Positions 1-9,573 are shown, numbered from the stretch's first letter. The stretch: DNA of 44,578 nt from Gemmatimonadota bacterium (GCA_022562295.1 JADFPO010000002.1:21795-66372); one strand, 5' to 3'. The notes: a model not told the origin generated them from the letters alone. Translations and numbers: made by a program.

Positions 1-111
1 CCGCAGTCCGCGGCGGCGGCCGGTATCGGATTCGGTGAACTCTGTACCAGACTGTGTGAAATGGCGCTACGACGCTCTGAAGGAACAAAGGCAACGTCCA
101 AGGGATCTTAG
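1..111 (+). CDS. ddl: D-alanine--D-alanine ligase, C-terminal fragment (gene starts before the window)
   Basis: Frame 1 reads PQSAAAAGIGFGELCTRLCEMALRR...GS*, resembling the Ddl C-terminal 'LP.sA.aaG..f.eL' helix pair. TAG at 109-111. Not in the ORF track. Confidence 0.7.
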   Translation, partial: PQSAAAAGIGFGELCTRLCEMALRRSEGTKATSKGS

Positions 112-119
112 AACAAAGA

Positions 120-938
120 ATGCTAACCCGATCTCCGCTCACTCCCTGGGTGCGCCGCCTGCTCGTTGCAAACGCGGTCGTTTATCTCCTGACCATCACG
201 GTGTTTACCGGGCCCTGGTTCTTCGACTGGTTTGCCTTCAGCCCGGCGCTGGTCCTGCAGCAACCGTGGACGCTAGGCACTTATATGTTCGTCCACGGCG
301 GATTCTTCCATCTCGCCTTCAACATGTTGATGTTGTTTTTCTTCGGGACGGCGCTCGAGGGCCGCATGGGCGGAACGGAGTTCGCGCGCTATTACTTTTT
401 CTGCGGACTCGGCGGGGCGGCATTGTCGTACGTATTCATGGCGTTCTCTGCCGCGACCATGGTCGTAGGCGCGAGTGCGGCCATCTTCGGGGTAGCTCTT
501 GCGTTCGCCCTGTACTGGCCGGACCAGGAGATCTACATCTTCCCGCTGCCGGTGCCGATAAAGGTCAAATGGTTGGTAATGGGGCTGGCGGCCCTCGACC
601 TGCTGTCAGCAATGGTAGGAGCTAACGACGGCGTCGCCCATTTCGCCCACCTCGGCGGCTTCGCATTTGGTTTCGGGTACCTTCGGTGGGGTCCGACTCG
701 GTCCCAGCGCGAGACGCCGGCCGTCTACCAACAACCCGTCCGCGTGTTGGCGCACCCAACCTCGCTCTCCGCAGAGCATTCCGAACGCCAGCCCAGGCCA
801 CAGGCCGGGTCAAGCCGGCCGGCGTATGATGAGGTGGACAGGGTGTTGGACAAGATCTCGGAGACTGGACTCGGCAGCCTGACGAAGGAGGAGCGTCGCC
901 TGTTGGATGACATGAGCCAGCGCCTTCGCGGGAGTTGA
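120..938 (+). CDS. Rhomboid family intramembrane serine protease with C-terminal DUF6576-like helical domain
   Basis: HLAFNM, catalytic GASA and AHLGG motifs, several TM segments, C-terminal 'EVDRVLDKISETGLGSLT.EER..L'. Confidence 0.9.
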   Translation: MLTRSPLTPWVRRLLVANAVVYLLTITVFTGPWFFDWFAFSPALVLQQPWTLGTYMFVHGGFFHLAFNMLMLFFFGTALEGRMGGTEFARYYFFCGLGGAALSYVFMAFSAATMVVGASAAIFGVALAFALYWPDQEIYIFPLPVPIKVKWLVMGLAALDLLSAMVGANDGVAHFAHLGGFAFGFGYLRWGPTRSQRETPAVYQQPVRVLAHPTSLSAEHSERQPRPQAGSSRPAYDEVDRVLDKISETGLGSLTKEERRLLDDMSQRLRGS

Positions 939-1047
939 GCGGGGTCGCCCCCGCGACCTTCCCCCCTCCCCGTAGCACCCAAAACACACCTGCCACCAAG
1001 CCGTCGTTGCCGCACGCAGCGCCGCCCGGCACATTACACGGCAGGCC

Positions 1048-1992
1048 ATGCTCATCGATTTAGTTCCCAGCTTCCTCGAAGCGACCGCCGCGTCGGATCC
1101 GATCGAAGGGTACCACCGGTATTTCGAGGACCATCGTCCCATTTTGACCGCCCTGTGGCACAACTATATCCTGGATCTGGACAGCCCGGCTGTCGATGAG
1201 GTCGTGCACCGCGTCGCCCGAGCCCGCCGGGATGACCTTCGAGGGTTGTTGGAGCGAGTCGATGTCAGGCAGATCGCGGAAGAGAGCCTCGCGCGTTGTG
1301 AGGAGTCGTTTCAAGCCGACTGCTCGGTCGACCTGTACCTCCTCGTCGGGGTTGGCGGCCCCAGGTCGGGAGAGCTGGTCATCGGCGGTCGCGGAAAAGC
1401 CTTCGTCTGCATGGAGCACTTCACGGCACGCCCCAATCCCGAGACTTTCGGTCTCGGACTCGCCCCGCAACTTCTGCCCGTCAGCATCGCGCACGCGGTG
1501 GCACACGCCGTGAGGTACACCTCGCCAACCAGCCGAAGCGAGATGGCGCGGTTGGTCCGGGAGGCCGGTGGGACCTACGACCCATGGGACGCCGGGAGTC
1601 GAGCCACGGTCGCGGAACTGCTGATCAACGAGGGTCTCGCGGTGGCCGCCTCCCGGGACGTTGCCCCGGGGTTCGAGCTACGCACATACCTGGGGTATGG
1701 AAGTCGGCAGTACCGCAGGATGCGTGAACTCGAAACCTTTCTCCGCCGAGTGGCCGGGCGGGAAATGCAGCGGTCAGGGATGGGATTGCGGCTGCGGTAC
1801 CTCGCCGAAGGCTTCGGCGCGGCAGCCCGGCGTGTGGGAGATAAATCGATTCCTGAGCGCGCGGGCTACTACCTGGGATATCGCATGGCGGAGCCGTACG
1901 TCGCCGAGAATGGCATCGCCGCCGCCCTCCGCGCCAGTGCCGACGAGTGCCTCGCCGCCGATCGCCGGACGGCGGGTGCCCAATCGGTATGA
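1048..1992 (+). CDS. DUF2268-like putative zincin-fold protein with degenerate HExxH (HAVAH)
   Basis: AHAVAH, downstream NEGLA and C-terminal GYYLGY motifs resemble DUF2268 Zn-dependent protease family members. Confidence 0.55.
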   Translation: MLIDLVPSFLEATAASDPIEGYHRYFEDHRPILTALWHNYILDLDSPAVDEVVHRVARARRDDLRGLLERVDVRQIAEESLARCEESFQADCSVDLYLLVGVGGPRSGELVIGGRGKAFVCMEHFTARPNPETFGLGLAPQLLPVSIAHAVAHAVRYTSPTSRSEMARLVREAGGTYDPWDAGSRATVAELLINEGLAVAASRDVAPGFELRTYLGYGSRQYRRMRELETFLRRVAGREMQRSGMGLRLRYLAEGFGAAARRVGDKSIPERAGYYLGYRMAEPYVAENGIAAALRASADECLAADRRTAGAQSV

Positions 1993-2014
1993 AGCCGATC
2001 TGAACGAGCGGTTT

Positions 2015-3367
2015 TCATTTTCCAACGCAGAACGAGGCGAACAATCGGTCCAGCACGTCCTGGTGCGTGACGGCCCCAATGATATCCTCGAGCGACGCCA
2101 CCGCAGCGCGCAGATGCACAGCCGCCACGGCCCCTTCTAGGCCCGAATCCCGCGCTTCTCGAAACGCGTCGACTTCGTCCGACGCGACCGCCAAGGCCGC
2201 GCGATGCCTCTCACGAGTCACCAGCGGTTCCATCTCCGACTGGGCCGAAAGGTTCGCGAACGCAAATCTCGCAAGCTCGGTTCGCAACTCTGAGAGTCCG
2301 ACTCCCGACACCGCCGACGTTCGGAGCACCGGAGCGCCTGCCGCGCCGGCGCCCAGGTCCGCCTTTGTCTCCACTACCAAGGTCGGAGCTTCGAGGTCGT
2401 CGAGAAACTCCCGCTCCGCAGCGCTCAATTTCTGTCCGCTCTCGACACAGAACACCACAACGTCCGCACTACTCAAGTAACGCCGGCTCACCTCGATGCC
2501 CAACCGTTCTATCCGATCTTCCGTCGGCTCTTCCGTCGGACGCAGCCCCGCGGTGTCTATCAGTCGGAACGGAAAACCATCACAGGATACCGCTGCTTCG
2601 ATGGCGTCCCGCGTGGTACCGGGCGCCTCGGTCACGATCGCTCGATCCGTTCCCAGGAGCGCGTTGAACAACGAAGACTTCCCCGCGTTGGGCCGACCGG
2701 CGATCACGGCCAGCGCTCCGTCCCGCAACCGCTCGCCTTCCGCGGCGGTGCGCGACAACAGACGCAGCGAATCGGCAAGCCGGCGTAGGGCGGCGTCGAT
2801 GCGCTCGGGCGGCACTGGACCGCTGTCCTCCTCGGGGAAGTCGATCTCGTAGCAGATCAGGGCCTCCAACTCCAGTACCTGACTGCGCAGGGCTTCGATG
2901 CGCTTTGACAAGCCGCGGTCGAGCTGGCTGATCGCGGCCCGACGCTGCGATGGCGAGGTGGCATCGATCAAATCGCCGACCGCCTCTGCCTGCAGCACGT
3001 CCATCTTTCCGTTGATTACGGCCCGTCTGGTGAATTCGCCGGGCGTTGCCAGCCTGGCGCCGGCCTGAAACAGAGCGCCCAAGGTTTCGGACGGAACGAG
3101 CACACCCCCGTGGGTCGAGATCTCCACGGTGTCTTCACCCGTGTACGAACCTGGCGCCTGGTATACCACGTACAGCGCCTGGTCGATGATCTCCTTTGTC
3201 GTGGGATGGACCACCGACACACGCGATGCGCGACGCTGCGGCTCTCGCTGGAAGGGCCGAAGCACCCGGCCCGCAACGTCGAAAGCCCCGGACCCCGACA
3301 GTCGCACCACGGCGATCGCCGAACGGCCGGGCGGGGTCGAGAGCGCGGCGATGACATCACTCAGCAT
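2015..3367 (-). CDS. mnmE: tRNA modification GTPase MnmE
   Basis: IAALSTPPG, GEFTRRA, P-loop GRPNAGKSS, GTTRD, DTAG, C-terminal FCVGK. Confidence 0.97.
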   Translation of the reverse strand: MLSDVIAALSTPPGRSAIAVVRLSGSGAFDVAGRVLRPFQREPQRRASRVSVVHPTTKEIIDQALYVVYQAPGSYTGEDTVEISTHGGVLVPSETLGALFQAGARLATPGEFTRRAVINGKMDVLQAEAVGDLIDATSPSQRRAAISQLDRGLSKRIEALRSQVLELEALICYEIDFPEEDSGPVPPERIDAALRRLADSLRLLSRTAAEGERLRDGALAVIAGRPNAGKSSLFNALLGTDRAIVTEAPGTTRDAIEAAVSCDGFPFRLIDTAGLRPTEEPTEDRIERLGIEVSRRYLSSADVVVFCVESGQKLSAAEREFLDDLEAPTLVVETKADLGAGAAGAPVLRTSAVSGVGLSELRTELARFAFANLSAQSEMEPLVTRERHRAALAVASDEVDAFREARDSGLEGAVAAVHLRAAVASLEDIIGAVTHQDVLDRLFASFCVGK

Positions 3368-3438
3368 ACCGGGAAAACTACGGCCTGGCGCGGGGCGATG
3401 ACCCTTCGTACGGTCCGTTCATGCCCCTCGGTACACGC

Positions 3439-5115
3439 TCACTTCTTTTTGGCAGCGCGTCGCAATCGCTCCTGAGCGACCATCCACTGCTGCGGAAGGC
3501 TGGCGAGGTTGCTCGTCGCATAATACAGGTTCAGCCCCGAAGAGAATCTCAGGAAGAGCACCGTAAACATGACCGGCATGACATACAGCATCATCTTGGC
3601 CTGGGGATTCGGCGGCACCCCGATCTGCCCGATCTTGGAGAGCGCGAACATCGACGCTCCCATCAGGATGGGGATGATGTACAGAGGATCGGCCAGGGAC
3701 AGATCGGGCAACCACAGGAACGGCGCCCCCCGAAATTCAATCGTATTGAGGAACACGAAAAACAGTGTGAAGAGTATCGGCATCTGGAAGAGAATCGGAA
3801 GACAGCCGCCCAGAGGGCTTGCTCCGTGTTCCTTGTACAACTTCATCATTTCCTGCTGGAGCTTGGCTTTATCGTCTTTATACCGTTCCTGTAGCGCCTT
3901 CATCTCCGGCTGCAGCGCCTGCATGGCCATCGTCGAGCGCATGGCCTTCTGGTTGAGTGGCCAGAGCGCCAGGCGTATCGCGATGCCGAAGAGCACGAGC
4001 ACCCAGCCGTACGCCAGGTTCAGCTCTTCGTGCATCCAGAGCAAGAGCTTCACGACGATGATTGACAGCGGAGTGATGATCGGCTGCAGGATCCATCCAT
4101 AGGGATTCACTTCGGGGAGCTCGTGGCCGATCCGTGAGAGCCGCCGATACTCCTGCGGGCCGATATAGACCGAATAACTGAACGCCCCCGCGGGAACGGG
4201 CAGCGATGCCACCACGTGCACGCGCGTTGCGGGCCCTCCCCGGCGCAGCATCCCCCCCGGGCCGGTTCGCTCTCCCCCAATCACCAAGGCGCCGCCGAAT
4301 CTCGTCTGCCCCTCGTCGATAGCCAGGATCACGGCCAGGAAATACTTCGATTTGATGGCGACCCACTCGAACGGGCCCTCGAGGCTCTCCCGCTCTCCCG
4401 GGCTGAGGGAGCTGAACTTGAGATTGTCGGTCGAGCGATTCTTCGTGACGATGCCGTACGACCGGAAGTCGACCACCGAATCGGATTCGACTGACCGCAG
4501 CCGCGGACCCATCCCCACGAGCAACAGTCCGGTGCTCGATGTTATGCCCTCGAATTCACCTCGCACGTGGAACAGATATTCATCCGGCCGGAACGAATAG
4601 ACGAGGCGGACGGTGGCGGGACCGCGGCGCGCCACCCAGGAGAGCTCCGAACCTCGATCCGCCACTTGCAGCGAACGGCGTGACGGCTCGAACTCCCACT
4701 CGTCCAGGAAGACCGTGTCGTTGCCAAAGACCAAGCGATGCGTAAGAAATTCGGACAGTTCGGGAATCAACTGCGCAGCTCCCGAGTCACCCAACGCAAA
4801 GGATTGGTAGTCCAGCAACTCTGCCCCCACGAGCTTGGCCCCTCGTCGCGAGAACGCGAAGCTGTAGAGCGGGGACGAAACGATAACAGGCTCGCCGTCC
4901 GGCTCCGTTAACGCCGCCGGAGCCGGCTGTACATCGGCGGGCACCGGTGGCCGAGCGGATGGCTCAACGAGGCTGGGGGCTATCCTCTGCGGTGTGGAGT
5001 CAGGCGGCCCAACGCCTCCGTCGGCAGGGGGCACGGGACGGGGCGGAAACAAGATCGACGGCAAGATCAACACGATCAGAATGAGTGTGATCGCCAGGAG
5101 AGTTCGTTGATCCAT
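3439..5115 (-). CDS. yidC: Membrane protein insertase YidC
   Basis: N-terminal TM, periplasmic domain, YIGP, GGCLPILFQMPI, WLPDLS..DP, GLNLY motifs. Canonical position. Confidence 0.96.
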   Translation of the reverse strand: MDQRTLLAITLILIVLILPSILFPPRPVPPADGGVGPPDSTPQRIAPSLVEPSARPPVPADVQPAPAALTEPDGEPVIVSSPLYSFAFSRRGAKLVGAELLDYQSFALGDSGAAQLIPELSEFLTHRLVFGNDTVFLDEWEFEPSRRSLQVADRGSELSWVARRGPATVRLVYSFRPDEYLFHVRGEFEGITSSTGLLLVGMGPRLRSVESDSVVDFRSYGIVTKNRSTDNLKFSSLSPGERESLEGPFEWVAIKSKYFLAVILAIDEGQTRFGGALVIGGERTGPGGMLRRGGPATRVHVVASLPVPAGAFSYSVYIGPQEYRRLSRIGHELPEVNPYGWILQPIITPLSIIVVKLLLWMHEELNLAYGWVLVLFGIAIRLALWPLNQKAMRSTMAMQALQPEMKALQERYKDDKAKLQQEMMKLYKEHGASPLGGCLPILFQMPILFTLFFVFLNTIEFRGAPFLWLPDLSLADPLYIIPILMGASMFALSKIGQIGVPPNPQAKMMLYVMPVMFTVLFLRFSSGLNLYYATSNLASLPQQWMVAQERLRRAAKKK

Positions 5116-5128
5116 CAGTGATTTTTCG

Positions 5129-5368
5129 TCACGGGACGGGGTCGTAACCGCCGCGGGAGAACGGTTGGCACCGGCCGATCCGAAGGATACCGAGCCACGT
5201 CCCTTTCACCGCCCCGTACCGGTTCACGGCTTCCAGCGCGTACGCCGAGCAGGAGGGAACGTGGCGGCAGGGCGAAGGGAATGGCGACGCCAGAATCTGG
5301 TACAGCCGAATCAACCCGCCAGCGGCTAGCCTCGGGACGCGTGTTAGGCGGAAAACGACGCTAGCCAT
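5129..5368 (-). CDS. yidD: Membrane protein insertion efficiency factor YidD
   Basis: [14 protein letters not shown]...[17 protein letters not shown]. Lies between rnpA and yidC. Confidence 0.93.
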   Translation of the reverse strand: MASVVFRLTRVPRLAAGGLIRLYQILASPFPSPCRHVPSCSAYALEAVNRYGAVKGTWLGILRIGRCQPFSRGGYDPVP

Positions 5369-5688
5369 TGCTCCAGTTCATCGGTCAGATCCCTTGGATG
5401 GGCCCGGTACGCAGACGGACGGGCCCGGATCACCAGATCTATGTCAGCGAGCTGCGGCAAGATTCGTCGGCGCGAACACTCCCGCAATCGGCGTCGGAGA
5501 TTGTTCCGCGACACCGCCGTCGCGCCGTAGCGCGGCACCACGACCCCGAGCCGCGGATGGCCCAGGTCATTGGGCCGCCAGGAAATGTCCAACTTGGAAG
5601 TTCGACGGGAATTGCCGGTGCGTCGCACCGCCTTGAGATCTGACTCGCGCAAAATCCGCCAACTCCGTGGCAGCGCCTCGGACGTCAG
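5344..5688 (-). CDS. rnpA: Ribonuclease P protein component (start probably CTG at 5688; the ORF track's TTG at 5652 truncates the conserved N-terminus)
   Basis: RLGVVVPR and [13 protein letters not shown] (RNR-type motif), DLVIRA. In-frame upstream [13 protein letters not shown] resembles the RnpA N-terminal motif. Position after rpmH. Confidence 0.9.
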   Translation of the reverse strand: MTSEALPRSWRILRESDLKAVRRTGNSRRTSKLDISWRPNDLGHPRLGVVVPRYGATAVSRNNLRRRLRECSRRRILPQLADIDLVIRARPSAYRAHPRDLTDELEQWLASFSA

Positions 5689-5846
5689 CGTCCTCCATGC
5701 TTCGACGGCAGCAAAACCGCAAGTTTCTTGCGGCCCTTCTTGCGCCGTCGATTCAAAACATCACGTCCCCAGCGCGTTTTCATACGCGCCCGGAAGCCGT
5801 GCTTGTTCACTCGCCGCCTGTTCCGCGGCCGATACGTCGGTCCCAT
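5685..5846 (-). CDS. rpmH: 50S ribosomal protein L34 (53 aa, absent from ORF track)
   Basis: Manual translation: [53 protein letters not shown]. Confidence 0.97.
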   Translation of the reverse strand: MGPTYRPRNRRRVNKHGFRARMKTRWGRDVLNRRRKKGRKKLAVLLPSKHGGR

Positions 5847-5870
5847 TTCACACCTTAAATCGAGCCGGGA

Positions 5871-5900
5871 AAGCTAGTCGTGCATGGGACACGTGGTCAA
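5871..5900 (-). promoter_or_regulatory. Sigma70-type promoter for the rpmH operon
   Basis: Minus strand TTGACC-N18-TAGCTT, about 25 nt upstream of the rpmH ATG, back-to-back with the dnaA promoter. Confidence 0.55.
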
Positions 5901-5902
5901 GG

Positions 5903-5931
5903 TTGACTTTTCAACACCCGAGAAATACAAT
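5903..5931 (+). promoter_or_regulatory. Sigma70-type dnaA promoter with overlapping DnaA-box-like site
   Basis: TTGACT(5903-5908)-N17-TACAAT(5926-5931). TTTTCAACA at 5908-5916 is one mismatch from TTWTNCACA, consistent with autoregulation. Confidence 0.7.
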
Positions 5932-5967
5932 CGTGCGCCCCCTCTAACGCCATCGATCCTCTGTGCT

Positions 5968-7356
5968 ATGCCAATAGAGTTATCAGCCGTCGAAACCTGG
6001 GCGCGAGTGCTCGAAGAGGCGCGCCAGAAGCTTCCCGAAGCCACGATGCGGACGTGGCTGGAACCGACCGAACCGACTTTGTTGGAGAACGGGCGGTTGG
6101 TCGTGAGCGCTCCGGATCAATTTTCGGTGGAGTGGAACGAGTCGAAGCATGCCGGCCTGCTTTCGCGCCTCGCATCGGAGATCGCCGGTACTCCCATCGA
6201 TATCGTGTTCCGGGTGCAGGCCGAGCGCACCGAGCGCCCGCAGATGGATTTCTTTGTCGCCCCGCCGCGGCAAGACGACGGCGGTACAGCGATGGACATG
6301 GCCACGCCGCTAAATCACCGCTACACATTCGACACGTTCGTTATCGGCAAATCCAACGAGCTCGCGGCCGCGGCCGCGCACGCCACCGCCGAGGCTCCCG
6401 GCAAGACTTACAACCCCCTTTTCATCTACGGAGCGACCGGTCTCGGCAAGACACACTTGATGCAGGCGATTGCTCACGCACTTATTCAGCGCAATCCCTC
6501 GTATCGAGTGGTTTACATGGGTGCGGAGCAATTCATCAACGAAGTGATCGAGAGCATCCACGGCCGCTCGATGCCTGAGTTCCGCCGCCGTTACCGAACC
6601 GAACCGGATGTGTTCCTTATTGACGACGTCCATTTCCTCGAGGGCAAGGAAATGACGCAGGAGGAGTTCTTTCACACGTTTAATGCCCTACATGAGGCCG
6701 GCAGACAGATTGTCGTCACGTCCGACCGACCTCCGAAGGAGATTCCGGGGTTGGAGTCGCGTTTGGTGAGTCGATTTGAGTGGGGCATGGTGGCAGATAT
6801 CGGTCAACCCGACCTCGAACACCGGACGGCCATTCTACGTAAGAAGGCCGAGCAGGAGCACCTCGAGCTCACGATCCCGGATGAGGTTCTACGCTTCATA
6901 GCCGAAAACGTCCGTACCTCAGTGCGTGAACTCGAGGGCTCCATCATCAAACTGCTATTGTTTGCGTCCCTCAAGCACCGAGAAGTCACGATCGAGTTGG
7001 CTCGGGATGCTCTCGCAGACAAGATCCACCAGGACGATACGCCGAACATCGGCTCGCTAGCCGGGAGCCCTTCCGTAGATCGAGTCCAAGAAGTGGTTGC
7101 GCGCCGGTGGGGTGTAACTCCCGAGGGATTACGCTCCAAATCGCGCACGAAATCCCTCACTGTACCGCGTCACATTGCGATGTTTCTCGCGCGGGATCTG
7201 CTAGGTATGCAGCTCGTCGAGATCGGTCAAGCATTCGGGGGGCGAGACCACTCTACCGTAATACACAGCGTTGGAAAGGTAGAAAACGACTTGCGACGCG
7301 ACCGCCAACTGCGCGAGCGGATCGAGTTGGCAAGACGCGAATTATCCGCACCGTAA
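5968..7356 (+). CDS. dnaA: Chromosomal replication initiator DnaA
   Basis: YNPLFIYGATGLGKTH, IDDV, QEEFFHTFN, RL.SRF.WG, GGRDHSTV. Start placed at ATG 5968, downstream of the promoter. Confidence 0.98.
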   Translation: MPIELSAVETWARVLEEARQKLPEATMRTWLEPTEPTLLENGRLVVSAPDQFSVEWNESKHAGLLSRLASEIAGTPIDIVFRVQAERTERPQMDFFVAPPRQDDGGTAMDMATPLNHRYTFDTFVIGKSNELAAAAAHATAEAPGKTYNPLFIYGATGLGKTHLMQAIAHALIQRNPSYRVVYMGAEQFINEVIESIHGRSMPEFRRRYRTEPDVFLIDDVHFLEGKEMTQEEFFHTFNALHEAGRQIVVTSDRPPKEIPGLESRLVSRFEWGMVADIGQPDLEHRTAILRKKAEQEHLELTIPDEVLRFIAENVRTSVRELEGSIIKLLLFASLKHREVTIELARDALADKIHQDDTPNIGSLAGSPSVDRVQEVVARRWGVTPEGLRSKSRTKSLTVPRHIAMFLARDLLGMQLVEIGQAFGGRDHSTVIHSVGKVENDLRRDRQLRERIELARRELSAP

Positions 7357-7599
7357 TACACATGCGTACTGGTCCAACTGTTTGAAAGTTATGGGAAACA
7401 TGGGAAACGCTGAGATGCTATGACGCTTATCCATTTGAGTCCACACTCGCCAACAGAGAACCAACAGCGCCATATAGTCTGTAATGCTGTAGTAGCATTG
7501 GGTTAGACAACTTCTCCATATTTCCCGAACCACTACTACTACTACTACTAACTGGTTATCTAGTATCTGAAGTAGGCTCTTATCCACGCGGGGAACGGT
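7342..7599. other. Replication origin oriC (dnaA-dnaN intergenic region)
   Basis: AT-rich. DnaA-box-like TTATCCGCA (7342), TTATCCATT (7427) and TTATCCACG (7580). Tandem degenerate boxes TTCTCCATA-TTTCCCGAA (7512-7529) directly precede (CTA)6 at 7533-7550, i.e. DnaA-trios. Confidence 0.88.
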
Positions 7600-8709
7600 A
7601 TGAAGTTTACAATAACGAGAGAGCGTCTTCAGGAGGGTCTTGTGGCAGTCGCTGCAAGCGTTCCAACCCGGACCACACTGCCAGTCCTCTCAAACATTCT
7701 CGTTGAGGCAACGAAAAACGGACTACGGCTAGCCGGAACAGATCTCGATATCGCTGTGAGTACTGTTGTAGCTGCCGAAGTCGTAGAGGAAGGTGCTGTC
7801 ACGCTTCCGGCGAAGAAGCTGCTGGAGATTGTGCGAGAACTGCCCAGCTCGTCCATCAACATCGCAAGTGCGGGTGAGCAGCGCGTGACCATCGAATGTG
7901 GGCAGTCGCGCTTCAAGCTGCTGGGTATACCGCGGGACGAGTTTCCTACATTTCCGTCAGTGTCATTCGATGACGCGTGGAAGATGACGTCTGGGGATAT
8001 CCAGAAGCTGATCAACCACGTTGCGTTTGCGGCGTCCACAGAGGAGAGCCGACCCATTCTCAACGGCGTGTTGTGGGAGATGCGGGAGGATAGAATGCGT
8101 ATGGTGGCGACGAACGGACACCGGCTAGCGAAGATGGACGTCCCCGTGTCCGGTGGGTCTGTCAATGCCGACTTAATAGTGCCGCCGAAGGCGCTGGAGC
8201 AGATCCGGAAGCTTTTTGGCCCTGCCGACGAAATCGACGTTGCCCAGAGCGACAACCACCTTGGGTTCCGGTCGGGTGACACGATGGTGTTTACACGCCT
8301 AGTCGAGGGACCCTATCCGAATTACGACCAGGTCATCCCACGTGATAACGACAAGGCTGCTATCATCGATAAGCAGACGCTCGCCGCCGCCATCCGACGC
8401 GTTGGCGTCGTGGCGAGCGACCAGACGCATCGAGTACGCCTCTCGTTTAGTGCCAGCACCCTGAAGTTCTCTGTAAACACGCCGGACCTAGGCGAAGCGC
8501 AGGATGAAATTCAAGTTAGTTACGAGGGCGAACCGGTCGAGATCGGCTTCAACGCGACCTACTTGTTGGAATTGCTGAAGCACATGCCGACCGACGAAGT
8601 GCGGTTTACACTAAAAGCCCCGGAACGCGCCGCCACGATCGAGCCCATTGCCTGGGACGACCCTGCCTCTTACCTCTGCCTCGTCATGCCACTTCGGCTG
8701 GTTGACTAG
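7600..8709 (+). CDS. dnaN: DNA polymerase III beta sliding clamp
   Basis: LPVLSNIL, GTDLD, SRPILNGV, VATNGHRL, GPYPNY, IGFN..YL, LVMPLR. Confidence 0.98.
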   Translation: MKFTITRERLQEGLVAVAASVPTRTTLPVLSNILVEATKNGLRLAGTDLDIAVSTVVAAEVVEEGAVTLPAKKLLEIVRELPSSSINIASAGEQRVTIECGQSRFKLLGIPRDEFPTFPSVSFDDAWKMTSGDIQKLINHVAFAASTEESRPILNGVLWEMREDRMRMVATNGHRLAKMDVPVSGGSVNADLIVPPKALEQIRKLFGPADEIDVAQSDNHLGFRSGDTMVFTRLVEGPYPNYDQVIPRDNDKAAIIDKQTLAAAIRRVGVVASDQTHRVRLSFSASTLKFSVNTPDLGEAQDEIQVSYEGEPVEIGFNATYLLELLKHMPTDEVRFTLKAPERAATIEPIAWDDPASYLCLVMPLRLVD

Positions 8710-8733
8710 GGAAAAACCCGAGAATCTGCCGGC

Positions 8734-9573
8734 TCAACGTGATAACAGGGAGTTAGTGGCGACGAACGTCGCGCTGAACTGCTCGAAGACCGGGTTGTTG
8801 TCGCGGGTAAAGGCCGAGGCAACTGATGTGACCTGGCGTGCTAGACCAACGGCGAGCCCAACGCTGAACCCGCGAATACGACCGGTGGAACCTAGGTTGG
8901 CTGCGGCGACCGTTATGAGGGGAAAGCCGGTTGACAGCACAATCCGCGTACCGACGCGGTAGGTGAAATCGTAGCCCGACGTCGGTGTGCCTAGGGCTGA
9001 CCGTTCCTCCGTTGCCAGCACTTCAGAGGAAAACTGTACCCGCGCGGCACTCCACTGGAATCCGGCGACCGCCGTGATGGGAAGCTCCACACCCTCGACG
9101 GTTGGCCGACCGATATGCCGAACAACAGCCCCCAACTGGATAGAGGTAGCGGGCAGGAAAACAATACCGAAGTCAGCCTCTTTGCTGCTAGTGCTGTCTT
9201 GGCTGTACCGAGCGCCCGAAAACCCAATGGCTCCGTGCCGCAGCGGGATGGCCAGCCCGGCTCGAAGAACGCCCACAGCCGAGGCGCCCAACGGGCGATT
9301 CCGCTGATATCCTAGCGATAGGCCGCGCGAGTGGACTCCAACTGTGTACTGCTCCAGCCGTATGTCGCTTTGCGTGCGCCTCAGCGTGAACTCAGCGAGA
9401 ACCGAAGCCTGCGGCACGAGGTTGAGCCCGGCAGGATTGACCCATAGCGCCCGTGCGTCCAGCGCATTCGTCACGAATAGGTAGTCGCCTGACCTCGGTG
9501 GCAGAGTTTGGGCCGCGAGCGGTGGTCCAGCCACCGACAAACCGACAACCAAAGCACGACCGATGTTCGTCAT
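8734..9573 (-). CDS. Secreted, probable outer-membrane beta-barrel protein (FadL/PorV-like N-terminal motif)
   Basis: Signal peptide, DARALWVNPAGL motif, alternating amphipathic beta-strand pattern. Confidence 0.55.
   Translation of the reverse strand: MTNIGRALVVGLSVAGPPLAAQTLPPRSGDYLFVTNALDARALWVNPAGLNLVPQASVLAEFTLRRTQSDIRLEQYTVGVHSRGLSLGYQRNRPLGASAVGVLRAGLAIPLRHGAIGFSGARYSQDSTSSKEADFGIVFLPATSIQLGAVVRHIGRPTVEGVELPITAVAGFQWSAARVQFSSEVLATEERSALGTPTSGYDFTYRVGTRIVLSTGFPLITVAAANLGSTGRIRGFSVGLAVGLARQVTSVASAFTRDNNPVFEQFSATFVATNSLLSR

Noticed and set aside
4559-4574. parS-like CCTCGCACGTGGAACA inside yidC
   Set aside because: Only 12/16 match to TGTTCCACGTGGAACA, one arm is broken, and it is explained by codons for LFHVRG.
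5344-5846. Thermus-style rnpA reading through the whole rpmH gene
   Set aside because: The rnpA frame has a TGA inside rpmH, so a full overlap is impossible.
7342-7587. 81-aa minus-strand ORF with a poly-Val run; (CTA)6 as microsatellite or CRISPR
   Set aside because: The repeat is better explained as DnaA-trios in oriC and has no repeat-spacer structure.
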